Shown here in pieces: positions 10,587-22,948 of a DNA stretch of 64,000 nt. The notes beneath the pieces were generated by a model. That model was given only the letters and a program-made list of their open reading frames with translations. It had not been told where the DNA came from and ran no database searches. The translations under genes and the position numbers were made by a program. Position 1 is the stretch's first letter. Every line of letters begins with the position of its first letter. Source of the DNA: Camelus dromedarius (lineage: Eukaryota); NCBI RefSeq assembly GCF_036321535.1, contig NC_087447.1:52888001-52952000 (forward strand), written 5' to 3'.

Positions 10587-11789
10587 ATACAGGTTACGAG
10601 TCCTTGGTACGGTGGACAAATCACGGTGCAGGAACCAGACCTGAGTCTGAGCTCCCTTTACTGAGGACTAACCAGAGACCGGCAACTCACACTGTGTCAT
10701 CTCTTTTGCTTCCCAAAACCTCTCTTTGTCGTATGCATCAGCATCCTCTTCTCACGGGGAAGGGATTAGAGACGTTGCCCCGCTAGAAAGGGCTGCACCC
10801 TGAATCAGTGCAGCTTCCCATCACTGCCACGCCTCTGGGCCTCTGGACATAAGGTCTCCTGGCAGGGACCATCCTGGAGGGCCAGGGCTGGACACTCCGC
10901 TTTGGCCAACAATGATCATTTACTTAAAAAGTAAATTACAATTGGTGCATTTTCAGTATGCAACAATGAAGAGTAATTTCTCTTCCTTGTGCGCAAGAGC
11001 TCCAGTTATGATTTAATTCAATTCCGATTAACTATGCTTTGATGGCATTTCCATTGCATAAAAAATAAATGTATTAGCCAAGCATAATGTGTTCTGACTT
11101 TAGTTCTGATGCTAATAAGGAGGCTGTTTGGCGGCTAGGATCCCACACTTCATTCCACGGTTGTAAAGGAGAGAAAGGAAAACAAAAAGCAAGAGGCAAG
11201 TAGCTCTGAGAAACCCCACACAGAGGGGTGCTGTGGTTTGGGGGTGGGCTGAGGGCTGTCAGCAAATGCTTGGCAATCGCAGGTTTGCTCTCACAGCTGC
11301 TGCTAGAGATGCTTAGGGATGTGAGTGTGGGCAGGCACCCATGGCTCTTCCGCCCGTTGGGGAGGTCTCCTGGGCCAGGGTGGGGTGGGGAAGAGGTGTG
11401 AAGATGGAGCTGGCTAAACACAGCGTATGTGGGCATCGGCAGGCCCGTCCCCACTACGTCAGTAACGCCTGCCGGCCTCTCTCACAGTCTGAGTCGCCTG
11501 CAGCCTATGCCTCAGCTCCTGACCCCCGCTCACCTGGTGTCCAGCGGGACACTGCTCTTCAGGTGTCTGATGACCCTCCTATCTGTCCCTGAAGCATCGC
11601 ACCGTTACTAAAGCCTTCCTTGGGTCCAGGCACCCGAGCATCCCTCCACGTCTGAAGGGGCTGACAAGGGTGAGCCTCAGTCCTGACAATTTTGTTACAG
11701 TCATTATTCTTTTAACAGCTGCCTGACGTAGGTTTCTGTCTGTTTTAGGGAAGAGGAAACTGCTGATTCTGGGCCGGTATGCCCTCAGA

Positions 11790-12182
11790 TTCATTTCTTG
11801 ACACTTTCTCTCCGCTCTCCTATGTGGCCGGAGAGGCTGACTCCTGCTGGCTGGCTTCACCTGGGCTGGGCCCTTGGGAGGCCCTGTCCCGAGGTGGGAA
11901 GGTGGAGGCTGTGTTACTGCACGGCACTGTCTTCCATCTGCCTGGGTTCTGGTTTCCACAGGGAGGCCCAGGCCTGGGCTGTGGGAACGTCATTGACTCG
12001 CTTTGACCTTAGGGGTGGGGTCTTCAGTTTCTTGCTGGGGCTAATCTTTGCGTTGCCTTATTCTTCCCTGTTTGGCTTTTCAGCCCTCCCTCTCCTGTGG
12101 ATCCAATTCTTTACAATAAATTCCCTCTATTTCAAAAATACTCCAAGCAGTTTTTGTTTCTCTGGATGAAACTGAAGCTGCA
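11790..12182 (+). mobile_element. Old ERVL-class LTR fragment (LTR33/LTR50/LTR79-like)
   Basis: The 3' end AATAAATTCCCTCTATTTCAAAAATACTCCAAGCAGTTTTTGTTTCTCTGGATGAAACTGAAGCTGCA is typical of ERVL LTR ends. Confidence 0.55.
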
Positions 12183-12529
12183 AGAGATTAAGTAACCACC
12201 CAAGATAACAGCCTTCAATACATCAGTGCATTTCCTTTCAGGCTTGGAAAACACGCACACCGATTAAATCATCTCTTCAGAGTCTGTCTGTCTATCTGTC
12301 TATCTATACATCCATCTGAATAATAAAAACATAAATGGGTCATACTCTATGTATGGTTTAATCGGGTGTTTATTATATTGTGAGAATCTTATTTTCCCAT
12401 ATAATTTGAAAAATACATTGAATGACTATTTAATATTCAATTATAAGGATTACTTATTTCAGGAATCTTCTCTTATCAAGGACTTAGATCTCTGTATCTT
12501 TTCACTTACAGAAATAATTACATGGATGT

Positions 12530-14640
12530 TCTAGCTAAGCTGGCAAAGTGAAGACAGTTGAGCAATTGCTTCCCTCTAGTTCTTGACTAAATGAACAATT
12601 AAAAAGAAAAATCTGCTCACTTCCCGTCGCCCACCAAATCCTAAGTAGCATCAATTAAGGAAAAGGTTTGCACCCCATGCCATAAACGTCAAGGAAAGCT
12701 TGTAACCCTGCTGGTGTGTTTCCTACCCCAACCCCTTCAAGTCAGAAGCCAGACTGGGGAGATGAGGCGACCGAGCAAAGTTTTGAGGTTTCTCACTAAT
12801 TACCCCACCTCTGGAGAGAAGCAGAGAAAGGATGAGGGCATGCTATCCAGAGAAAAGCCTCATGTCCCCTACTCACTAATGCTGGAATCTTAGGATCAAA
12901 GCCAACATAGGCAGTCTACCCCAGCTCATCATTTTTCTAGGATATTACACTCATGCTTTGAAACCTGTTTTAAAGGACTGCCTGAGACCACGCAAAAATG
13001 CCTAGTATTGCTATACCAGGGTTATTAATGTAGAGATGGAAAAGGAAGAAGAGATGTCACATATAATAGGAGGGGGGGGTTAGAAAAATTTAATCATACT
13101 GCATGGGAAGAGAAAGAGAGAGAAAGCCTGGTCTGAACTGCCCAAGTTAGGCATGAAGAAGATGAAAAGAAACCATGTAGCATGTAAGCAAACAATTCTA
13201 GTCCCACCCAACCTGGAAAGGAATAAAAAAAAAGATAAAAGAAAGATTATTCCTTGCAAAAACAAACAAACAAATGAAAACCCAACCTGAAAGAAAACAT
13301 ATCCCAAGAAACAAAGAAAACTTCCAATGTGTATTTTGCACTACAGAGGAATTTACTGAGAATCTGAAGCCAATAAAACAAGGACTCAATAGTGAGAAAT
13401 TAAATGAAAACTCAACACAAAAAGACAAAGAATTTCGCGATGCTAGGAAAATCAAGGACTCTCTCACACTACCAGATTACAGAAATTATAAATTACAAAC
13501 AAAAAGAACAGACAGCTGAAAATTGTATTTCTGCCATAGAGAAAAGGTTTACTGTAATAATGATGAAAGCTGAGAAAAAGGACAGAGATTAAGACAGTGA
13601 GAAGAAAGGTAATAACACATGAAGGACAAAGTTGATTCAAAAATAAGGATAATTGGTGTCTCTGCTGAGAAGAACCCACAGGTGGGATAGGAAATACATT
13701 TTATTCTTGATAAGCAAGAGAGAATATCTTGTTACTACTGAACTTGAATCATGAAGAAATAATCCTACTGGCATCTAAACAGGGAATAACCAGTCCCCTT
13801 CAGGGAGAGGAATCAAGCTTACCTTAAACTTCTCCACAAAGATGTTCAGCGCGAGCAGGCAACAGAGCGATGACTGGAGAGTTCTGAGGGACTGACAAAG
13901 GGGCTAAACATGACCATACATGACCAAATTATTGTGGAAATAGTAAGGCAAAAGGTAGGCATTCAAAAATGAAGCAGAGAGACTGAGCATCCACAAGCCC
14001 CTCCAGAGAAACCACTCAGTTAATTCCGCCATCGATGGCGGGAATAGGAAAGACACGGCCAAAATGCTAGTGCCACACTCAAAGGCAGAAGACGGTGGAG
14101 CAATGCCTGCAAGATCCAGGGGGAATATGTGACCCAGGATTGTTACATTCAGCCAAATTATCTGCTATACATAAGTGCACCAGAGGAGTACTGTATTTCT
14201 TAACTTTTAGGAACTCAGTGATTATAAATATGAGCCCTCTGTTTCAAAAAACAGAAAAAGGCTGGTTGATGACATTCAGCTATCCCAAGATGAACCCATA
14301 CCTAGCACCCTAGAATGGAGACGCTGGAGTTGGCATTCAGTAAGTGTAGATAAAGAAGAAATAAAACGAAGACTAAACAACTACAGGAAGTATAGTTACA
14401 TACAGAGTTTAACTTTCCAAATGTCCAAAAAGTAAAATTACTAACAGAACTCCCCACCCCGCAATTGGGAAATACAGCAGGGGAGGTGGGAGTGTTATAA
14501 ATGTACTAATTTTCTCATATTTCGTAGCAAAGGGTCCATCAGTACTATATAAAATCAGGCTATGGAGCTAAGAAAACATATTGCATCAAACTGCATATGA
14601 CATTTTCAGAATAATTTTTCTTAAAGGAAATTTTTATTTC
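12530..14640 (+). mobile_element. HAL1 / old L1 5'-ORF1 relic (its 3' tail continues at about 15665-15830)
   Basis: A-rich plus strand. Degenerate ORF1p C-terminal peptides GIKLTLNFSTKMFSASRQQSDDWRVLR (from 13809) and ATLKGRRRWSNACKI / CDPGLLHSAKLS (about 14072-14165). Many stops and frameshifts; no ORF2 follows. Confidence 0.7.
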
Positions 14641-14651
14641 ATTTATATGTT

Positions 14652-15664
14652 TGTTGTGGGTGACCTGTGTCTCCCAAAATAGATACACTGGAATTCTAAC
14701 CCCTAGTATCTCAGAATGGGATCATATTTGGAGATAGGGTCTTTACAGTGGTAATCAACTTAAAATGAGGTCATTAGAGTGAGCCCTAATCCAACCTGAT
14801 TGATATTCTTATAAAAAGTGGAAAATTTGGACCCAGGGACATACACATACAGAAAAGATGGCCTGCTACTGTTAGAGCAGGCAGATAGCTAGACATGAGC
14901 AGAGAAAGGGGGATGCAGGACAAATGGCAGGAAACCATATATCATGTAAACAACAGGCATCCCTGGGCAGAGAAAGAAAAGCAGGAACCTCTGGTCACAC
15001 ATTTTTGGGGTGACAAGTAGCCTGGAGGCCAACAAAGAAAGGTGGGAAAAGGCAGAAATCTTCAGTGTCCAAATGTAACCTTTTGTTCATTATGCCCTCA
15101 TTTCAATAAAATTAGCCTTGCAGATTAGAAGTACCCATCATGCACTGACGCCACGACACTTCTGAGACTAAATAAGGACAAAAATCCCTCCTCCCTTTTG
15201 GAAGTTGGATTTGGGATGAAAATCAGGGAATACGCAACCCAAATCCTTCCCTCCCCAAAGAATATTCCGCCCATTCATTTTTACACCCTATGTAACCAAC
15301 TTGCCAAAGAAACTCAGGGCAGCCGCTCACCTGAGCCTGCCCGCTCTCCCCTCGCGAGTGTCCTGTCTATTCCTTAATGCAGCTCCACTTTACTTTCTTA
15401 ACCTCCACATCCCGTCTCTGAATTCTTTCTGCGACAGGAAAAGAACCCAGTCGCCGGCAACGCTATAAGCCAAGGAGCGCCTGAGACTACCAGCAGCTGG
15501 GAGAGAGGCCCGGCACCCACCCTTCCCTTGTGCCTTCACAGGGGGTGGGGCCCCGCCCACAACTTGATTTCACACTTCTGGCCTCCTGACTGTGAGACAA
15601 TAAATTTCTGTCGCACAGCCTGGTTTGTGGGACTTTACTGAAGCAGCCCTAGGAAACTAATATA
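14652..15664 (+). mobile_element. MLT1B/C-like MaLR LTR split by an ERV1 LTR (14652-14869 + 15463-15664)
   Basis: The 5' half has TTGGAGATAGGGTCTTTACAG...AAGATGGCCTGCTAC. The 3' half resumes CTATAAGCCAAGGAG...GCAGCCCTAGGAAACTAATATA. Confidence 0.88.
14870..15462 (+). mobile_element. ERV1-class solo LTR (MER4-group-like) inserted in MLT1
   Basis: Starts TGTTAGAGCAGGCAGATAGCTAGACATGAGCAG and ends AAGAACCCAGTCGCCGGCAACG (terminal CA>CG). 4-bp TSD CTAC/CTAT. It cleanly interrupts the MLT1. Confidence 0.85.
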
Positions 15665-16129
15665 ATGGGTTTAAATGTGTTGTTTTATAAATGAACACTC
15701 TAGTAATAAAAAAAAAAAAGTCCATTTGTCTAAAGTCTAATAATGTTCCAGTTTTACATCAATTTCCATTTTTTTTCTATAAATTAAGTAAAATAAGTGG
15801 ACTGGTTTGTTTCCCTAATAACAGTATTATATGAGGCTATTTTATGAAATTATTTCCATTTATCCAAACACCAATGTCACTTATCCATCCTTCTGTATAA
15901 GGTTCATAAATGTATCTGGAATATGGTCGCCTTATCTTACTGCTGGTTATTACTGGATAGTAAGACTTTGGTTGACTGTTTTGCTCTCTCTGTTGGTGCT
16001 GCTCATTGTCTGAAGTGTTTTTCAATGAGCATGTGCACTATATTTTAAATTCCTCATATTGTAATAAAAAATCCTTATATTTCAGTCCATGTGTATATAA
16101 CTCTTTTTTTTTTTTTTAAAGATGGGGAA

Positions 16130-16700
16130 TCTTAGACAGAGTTTAAATACTTTGAAGACTCATTGATACCTGTGGTTAAATTCCTCTCTGGATTATAACA
16201 GTTTAGAGTCACACAAGCAATGCATGGCAATGCCTGCCTTACTGCACTATCACAGCTTTGAGTATTCTTATTAAAGTAGCAATTTGATGGGCTAAAAATG
16301 ACATCTCATTCTCATTTCCTTTTTTCAAATTACTAGATAGGTTGAACATTTTTCACAAACCTAGGGGCTACTTCTATTTTTTTTTTTGTTGAAGTATCGT
16401 CGATTTACAGTGCTGTGTTAGTTTCTGCTTTTTTCTTGTTCTGTTCATTTTTTATACCTTTTCTGTGGTTGTTTCTTATTTATGAGTGCATTACTCACAC
16501 ACACACATATCACAACCATCTGTCCTGTTTGCTGGTAATATTCTCTTACTCTGTGCTTAGCTTTTTAATTTCAAGCTTTGAAATGTTCATACATTTTTAA
16601 TATTTCAGTCTGATATTTTATTTTTCTCTCACTTCCCTCACTGATTTTGAGTGATTGATTTAGGGGCACGTCCTATCCTTTTCTATCATCACGTCCTCCA
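16130..16700 (-). mobile_element. Old L1ME-type fragment with a tiny younger L1 3' tail at about 16376-16430
   Basis: GCAATTTGATGGGCTAAAAATGACATCTCATT...GGTTGAACATTTTTC is the antisense L1 ORF2 end. Poly-T + GTTGAAGTATCGTCGATTTACAGTGCTGTGTTAGTTTCTG is the younger tail. Confidence 0.6.
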
Positions 16701-16749
16701 ACACTGGTCATTTTTTGAGGATAGCATCTCTCACCCCTTCACACCCAGT

Positions 16750-17500
16750 GCATTTTTCTCACCATTTTAACCACTTTAAAGTGAACAATTCAGTGGCTTT
16801 TAGTACATTCACAATATTCCCCCAAATCACCACTAATTCCAGAACATTTACATCACAACAAAAAAGAAGCCCATGTTTGTTAAGCAGCCATTCTCCTGTG
16901 CCCCCAAGTCCCTGACAACCACAATTCTGCTGTCTGTCTCTGCAGATCTGTCTCTTCCGGACATCTCACAGCAGTGGAGTCAGGCAATATATTGCCTTTT
17001 ATGACGGGCTTTTTTCACTTAGCATAATGTTTTTGAGGTTTATCCATATTGCAGCATGTATCAGTGATTCATGCCTTCCTATGGCCAAATACTATTTCAG
17101 TATATGGGTATCCCACATTTGTTTATCCACTCATCAGTTGGTGGTCCTTTGGGCTGTTTCCACTTTGGGGATATTATGAATGATGCTGCTATGAACATCT
17201 GTATCCATGTGTCTGCTTGAACATCTGTTCTCAGTTCTTTTGGGTAAACACCTAGGAGGGGAGTTGCCGGTTCATAGGATAACTCTTTGTTGAACTTTTT
17301 AAGGAACCACCAAACTATCTTCCACAGTGACTCTATCATTTGACATTTCCACCAGCAGTGTACGAAGCTCCAAATTTCATCACATCCTCCTCAATACTTG
17401 TTACTTCTCATTTTTAAAAATTAAACCACCTAGCGGGTGTAACTCATCTCATTGTGGTTTTGACTTGCTTTCCCCTCACAACTAATGATGTTGAGCATTG
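16750..17500 (-). mobile_element. L1MB-type 3' end
   Basis: AAAGTGAACAATTCAGTGGCTTTTAGTACATTCAC 3' UTR; minus-strand peptide MFIAASFIISPKWKQPKGPPTDEWINK corresponds to the L1 ORF2 C-terminus. Confidence 0.9.
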
Positions 17501-17504
17501 TCCT

Positions 17505-18035
17505 TTTATTTCTCCCTCCAGTTTTACTGAGATATAATTGACATATAACACTGTGTAAGTTTAAGGTGTACGATGTGATGATTCGTGCATGCGTATATTG
17601 AAAAACATTTATCACAATAAGGTTAGTTAACACAGCCTTCACCTCATATAATTACCTTTTTTGTTGTAGTTGCTATTGTTATGATGAGAACATTTAAGAT
17701 TTATTTTCATATCAACTTCCAAGTGTACAATACAGTATTATTAATTAATAATTAATGTCCTTAGATCCCTGGAACTTGTCTTTCGTATAACTGAAAGCTG
17801 GTACATTTTGACCAACATCTCTCCATATCATCCAGCCCCCAGTCCACGATAATCATCCATCTACTCTGTTTCTGAGTTTGAGGTTCTTAGATTCCACATG
17901 TAAGTGGGATCATACAGTATTCGTCCTTCTAAGTCTGATTTCTTTCACTTAGCATAATGCCCTCGAAGCTACTCATGTTGTTGTGAGTCACAGGATTTCC
18001 TTCTTTTTTTATGTGTGAATAACATTCCATGGTGC
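17505..18035 (-). mobile_element. L1MA9-like 3' end
   Basis: TTTTACTGAGATATAATTGACATATAACACTGTGTAAGTTTAAGGTGTAC...TAGATTCCACATGTAAGTG...TTCACTTAGCATAATG. Confidence 0.85.
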
Positions 18036-19582
18036 ATGGGCATGGTTCAGCAAGAGGGGAATCTGAGTTGGCTTTGGCTTAAGGAGGACGAAGCTGATGT
18101 CTCGTGGAGACTGTAATGTTCGAGGCACTGTGCTGGCACCCGAGGTCCCACACTATCTACCACACTCCTAATTCCATCATAAATTCACCTGGTTTTGCAG
18201 GTCTAGATGTGGGGCCTTCTGTTGTCTATGTTTTCCTCCCTGCAGTGCCTCTAGTCAAGCAATACACCCACCTGAACCCTGCTCTTCTTCGCCCAGCTCC
18301 ATGTGTCAAAAGTCCATCAAGGCGCATCTTCAGAGCCACCATCGCCGGGAAGCCTGTCCTGGCTCTTCAACCGGAAACAATCTCATCAGGCTCCGGGCTC
18401 CCACAGCGCTTGGCCCAGGGCCTTGTGCTCTCTCCTCCTTTCTCCCTCACCTGCATCCACAGCCTCCCTCCAGCACGAGAGCTACAGGCAGTGAACAGCC
18501 AGTGACCACCACCAACATATAAGCACCCTTGTCCACAAAGAGAGATTCTCACTGATTGCTCTGATAACAATGATACATTTTTGTCATGATTATAAGATAT
18601 GATTTCTATAAACAATTTTCTTTGTCATCATTTTTTGGTGCTTCTATAAAACTTGGGTTGTTTGGGGAGGACAAGGGGCTCATCCATGTGAACATTGTGA
18701 TAGGAGAGGCAGGAGGAGCCCTTTCAGGAACGTGGCCCCTGACTTAATTGGACTGTGTTTCTGGCCCTTCGGCATCCTCAACACAAAGTCGATGCTTCTC
18801 CAGGAATACTGCAGAATTGAATGTACCATATTCCTAAGAACATCTCTTTTCCGATTGACCCTTATCTTTGACTTGTAGCATTTTTTTTTTCCAAAATGAG
18901 AGTCAGGTCTGCATATCTCAATACGTTTAGAAAATGACTTTCCAATTCCTACTCTCTTTGCCTTCTTCCTTCTCCTGGGCATAGAAGTATCTTGTTTCCA
19001 TAGGATGCACTAAGAGAGACATTTAAATTTAAGGGGACTGCTTGTCAGGTTCAAAAAACAGTCACTTACAATTGGGATCTGAAACAAGTCTCCCCGCTTG
19101 CACTTGCTCCCAAGGCTAACTTCTGAAGAAGACTGTGAGGAGCTGAGGGGAACCTGTTGACTGAGAGGCAGGGATATGCCTCCAGGAAAAGACTAATAGT
19201 TCCTGGACTGCCTTTGTCAGAGCACTGCTAGCATGGAAACTGCAGGCTTGGGAGCTGAGATTGCCTTAGAGTTAAAATTTCTGATTTTTATGTGTTGGAT
19301 TTCTTTGGGCAAGTTTTTTCACTTCTCTGAGCCCCAGGATTCTCAGTGTAAAATCAGAACTGTATGTGTCCCTCAGAGGACAATGATCAGGGCTGGTGTG
19401 CTTGCTGAACTCATGAGTGACTAAACGAGTGAACCGTGTCCATCACCAAACGCCGGAGCCCTGTAGTTGGCCTAAAAATTCACTGACTTAGCCAATGGCC
19501 TACCAAAGAATAAGATGGAAACAGAGAACCCCTGGGAGGAGTACTGCATCACTGACATTGTTAAGAATTGCCGGAACATGGG

Positions 19583-20159
19583 CATAGAAGCAGTATTTAC
19601 AATAATCAAGACATGGAAGCAACCTAGATGTCCATCGACAGATGACTGGATAAAGAAGTTGTGGGGTATACATATATACATAATGGAATACTACTCAGCC
19701 ATAAAAAGAATGAAATAATGCCATTTGCAGCAACATGGCTGGACTAGAGGTCATCATTCTAAGTGAAGTAAGCCAGACAGAAAAAGACAAATAGCGTATG
19801 GTATCCCTTATATGTGGAATCTAAAAAAAAATGACACAAGTGAACTTATTTACAAAACAGAAACAGACTCACAGACATAGAAAACAAACTTATGATTACC
19901 AAAGAGGAAAGTGGAGGAGAGATAAATTAGAAGTTTGGGATTTGCCAATACTAAGTGCTGTATATAAAATAGATAAACAACAAGGTCCTACTGTGCAGCA
20001 CAGGGAACTATATTCAATATCTTGTAATAACTTATAATGGAAAAGAATAAAAAAAGAATATATATATACACACGTATGTGTATAACTGAATCACCATGCT
20101 GTACACCAGAAACTAACACAACATTATAAATCAACTATATTTCAATAATAATGAAAAAG
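19583..20159 (+). mobile_element. 5'-truncated cetartiodactyl-type L1
   Basis: ORF2 C-terminal remnant (TWKQPRCPSTDDWIKK), 3' UTR with AAATAGATAAACAACAAGGTCCTACTG and an A-tail. Imperfect TSD AGAATTGCCGGAACATGGG (19564-19582) / AGAATTGCCAGACATGGG (20160-20177). Confidence 0.93.
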
Positions 20160-20989
20160 AGAATTGCCAGACATGGGGATAATAAAAAGCAGTCCCACTT
20201 CTGGTTCCATCACTGTTTTTAAACTCTCTATAGACTGTGCACCCCCGTATTGCTTATACCCCAGTTGAACTATTCTTCCCTGAATCATGCCTGCAAATAC
20301 AGTGACTTCACTGGAGATAGGACTTGAAGATTATGGAGGCAGAAGACCTGGCCTTGGCTTTCCCTCTGGGCCCGTGATTGTAGATTCTGAGCTATTTCTG
20401 AAACTCCTTGCTTGTTCAATCTGAAAAGTAGTTTGCAATGGAAATTCCTCCCTCTTGAAATCCTTGTTAATCTAATTGCAATTGAAATGCATAAGTGAAA
20501 TGACAAAAGCTGCATTTTATCAGGAATTATAGCAATTTTCTTTTATTTACTGAAGTCTGACCTCTGCTGTATTGATGAATTGTACTTTTTCAAGGTCTAT
20601 TTTCCCATCAGCAAAGTCAGGTTGTTTATAAAATGATTGGCATAAAGTGTCGTTCTCCCCTCACCTGTCCCTCCCCCATATTTTTAAAAATGTGTCCTAA
20701 GTCTGAAGAAATTGACTAGGAATTTGTGGAGCCTGTGCATTTCTATCTGAGTGTATATTTTCACAGGGGGCTCTGAGCATCCAACAACAGTCTTTTCAAT
20801 GCCGAAATCTGAAAAACCGGCAGCATTTAGCATCTTGCACCTCTGTCTCCTTCTGAATCCTTAGAGATTTGGTGAGTGAAATCTGCACCCATTACCTTTT
20901 CAACCAGCCATCTAATTGCTCCTTTTCAAGGTGACATTGTCAGGAAGTCACAGTGGGAAGCTTGAGATGAATGAGGAGCTTTGTCCCCT

Positions 20990-21700
20990 CTCCCCATGTC
21001 CAGGCAGTCCTCAAATCCTACTGACCACACCTCCTTGAATTTCTCCCTTTCTCTCCATCTCTACTGCCCCTGCCCATGCTCAGGCTTTTATCCACTCTCC
21101 CCTGGACCACTGCTCCACCCTCACTCCCTCAAGCCATAAATGCTTTATCTTGCTCCTTTTCCATCCTCCACACAGCTGTCAGAATGATCTCTCAAAATCA
21201 CAAATCAAGGTACTATTGCTCTGCTTAAGCTCCCCAGTGGTGCCCCGTCACCTGCGGGAAAACATCTCATCTAGTGGGGATGACCCAGAAGGACTTAAGT
21301 GAACCGAATCTGAATTCCCCCCGTCTTTCCCCATCATGGCCCACGTCTCCCTGCCCGGCCTCTCACCCTACATTCCAGGGATGCAGAAATGGTTCTTGTC
21401 ATCTACACTGTGTGGTACCTGCCCTCCTCCCCTTTCTTTACACTATTTTCTATGCCTGGAAAACCTCTTCCCCTCTCTTTCTTCTCACCTGGCTAACTCT
21501 CACTCAAGCTTTATAATAATTTACCTGGCACCTCCTCTGTGAAGCCTCCCTGATTTCTCTGATTTGTGTTATGCATCCCAATACTCCTTTGTATTGAGAT
21601 GATCTTCAGTCAGTGATTCCCTGTCAGACTGTGAACATGTTCCTTGAGGGGAGGAAAAGTAGCTTAGTTAGCTCTGTAACTCTAGGGCCCTGCTCAGGTA
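20990..21700 (+). mobile_element. L2 LINE 3' region
   Basis: CCATCCTCCACACAGCTGTCAGAATGATCTCTCAAAATCACAAATCA; TGCCTGGAAAACCTCTTCCC; CACCTCCTCTGTGAAGCCTCCCTGA; CAGACTGTGAA. Confidence 0.8.
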
Positions 21701-22239
21701 GCCATTTACACACCACCTGTTAAATTATGCTAGCTGGTAGTTGCTCAATGATTGCCAATTTCCTTTTCTACTTTCCTCATTCCTCAGAGTATTGGTTTCC
21801 CCAACTGTGAACTGCGTATGAAGTTACTTACCTCACCTAGCTCCATGCATTGCTTTGAGGTTCAAATGAGCTATTGGCTATAAATATGTGATATAAACTT
21901 CTGTTTCTTAGTGCTAATTTTTTCTATGATTGTTCCTCTTTGGCCTCTCCATCCAACTCTCCAATCATGCCCCTGCACCCACCAGCAACTCTGACTGAGT
22001 AAAATATTTCAGATGCCCCCTAGCAAACCAAACACCACAAATCAGCGCAAAGCAGAACACCAACTGAAGTGGACCCTGACTAATCCAGGCTGTTGTCTTG
22101 TTATTCAGTGTTTGTCCCTTTCCCCTTCAAACCATATAGCTATCTAGGCTTGTCATAGCTGCCCCTTCTTTTTTCTCCCATTTCACATTGTAGCTTTCAA
22201 TTCCTTTTTCATGGACTGTCTTGTATTCTGAGCAAATGA

Positions 22240-22470
22240 TAGTTACCATTGTTAATGAGAGCTGACATAGCATTCATTACGTGCCAAGTGTTAAACTGAA
22301 TGGATTGACTCATTTAATTCTCTCCCAAATTCTTGAAGGTGGACATCATCTTCATTTACAGACAGGGAGACTCTGGACGGGCTAAATCACTGGCTCAGGA
22401 GCTCCCCAGTCGGTAAGAGGTAGAAGTGAGTTCAGAGCTGCACACCTGACCTTCAACCTCTACTGCCTCT
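22240..22470 (-). mobile_element. MIR SINE
   Basis: GCATTCATTACGTGCCAAGTG...CTCATTTAATTCTC...CATTTACAGACAGGGAGACT. Confidence 0.65.
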
Positions 22471-22895
22471 CAAGGCTACATGTCAGGTTCTCCATCTGGA
22501 CTGTGGTTTCTCGGATGACAGGGGTTTCGTCCGATATACCCTGGCCCTTCCAGACTTCCAAGAATCATTCCTCTGTAATGGAAATACCCCTACTGGAAGC
22601 ACTGCAGTATCAGGGAGTGAGTTCTAAGGAGACAGAAGATCTGGATTAAAAATCCTGACTTCACAACATTAAAAGTGACCCTTCATTCCCACTTCTGGAA
22701 GATGGGAAGAAAAAGAAATTGATCTCATAGGTCTGTTGGGAAACTGAAAGAGACATTGCAAGTCTAACACGCAATTCCTAAGTCTGAGAGGATGCTTGGT
22801 AAATACTAGTTTGAGCCTCTGAGAGTTTCATTTTTGCCAACCATGGAAGTGTCTTTCCTATATATTCTTGTGTTAAAGTTTGACATCACCTTTGG

Positions 22896-22898
<3 letters not shown>

Positions 22899-22942
<44 letters not shown>

Positions 22943-22948
22943 CATGTG
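22899..22948. repeat. (TG)17(CG)4 microsatellite, alternating purine-pyrimidine tract
   Basis: Direct reading; Z-DNA-prone composition. Confidence 0.95.

Noticed and set aside
13274..14313. Domesticated L1 ORF1 gene (L1TD1-like)
   Set aside because: The ORF1-like peptides are broken by stops and frameshifts; better explained as a decayed HAL1/L1 relic.
17097..17339. ORFs with WKQPKCP/MEYYS-type motifs (also 19515-19718 and 59289-59609)
   Set aside because: These are C-terminal remnants of L1 ORF2 in 5'-truncated copies, not genes.
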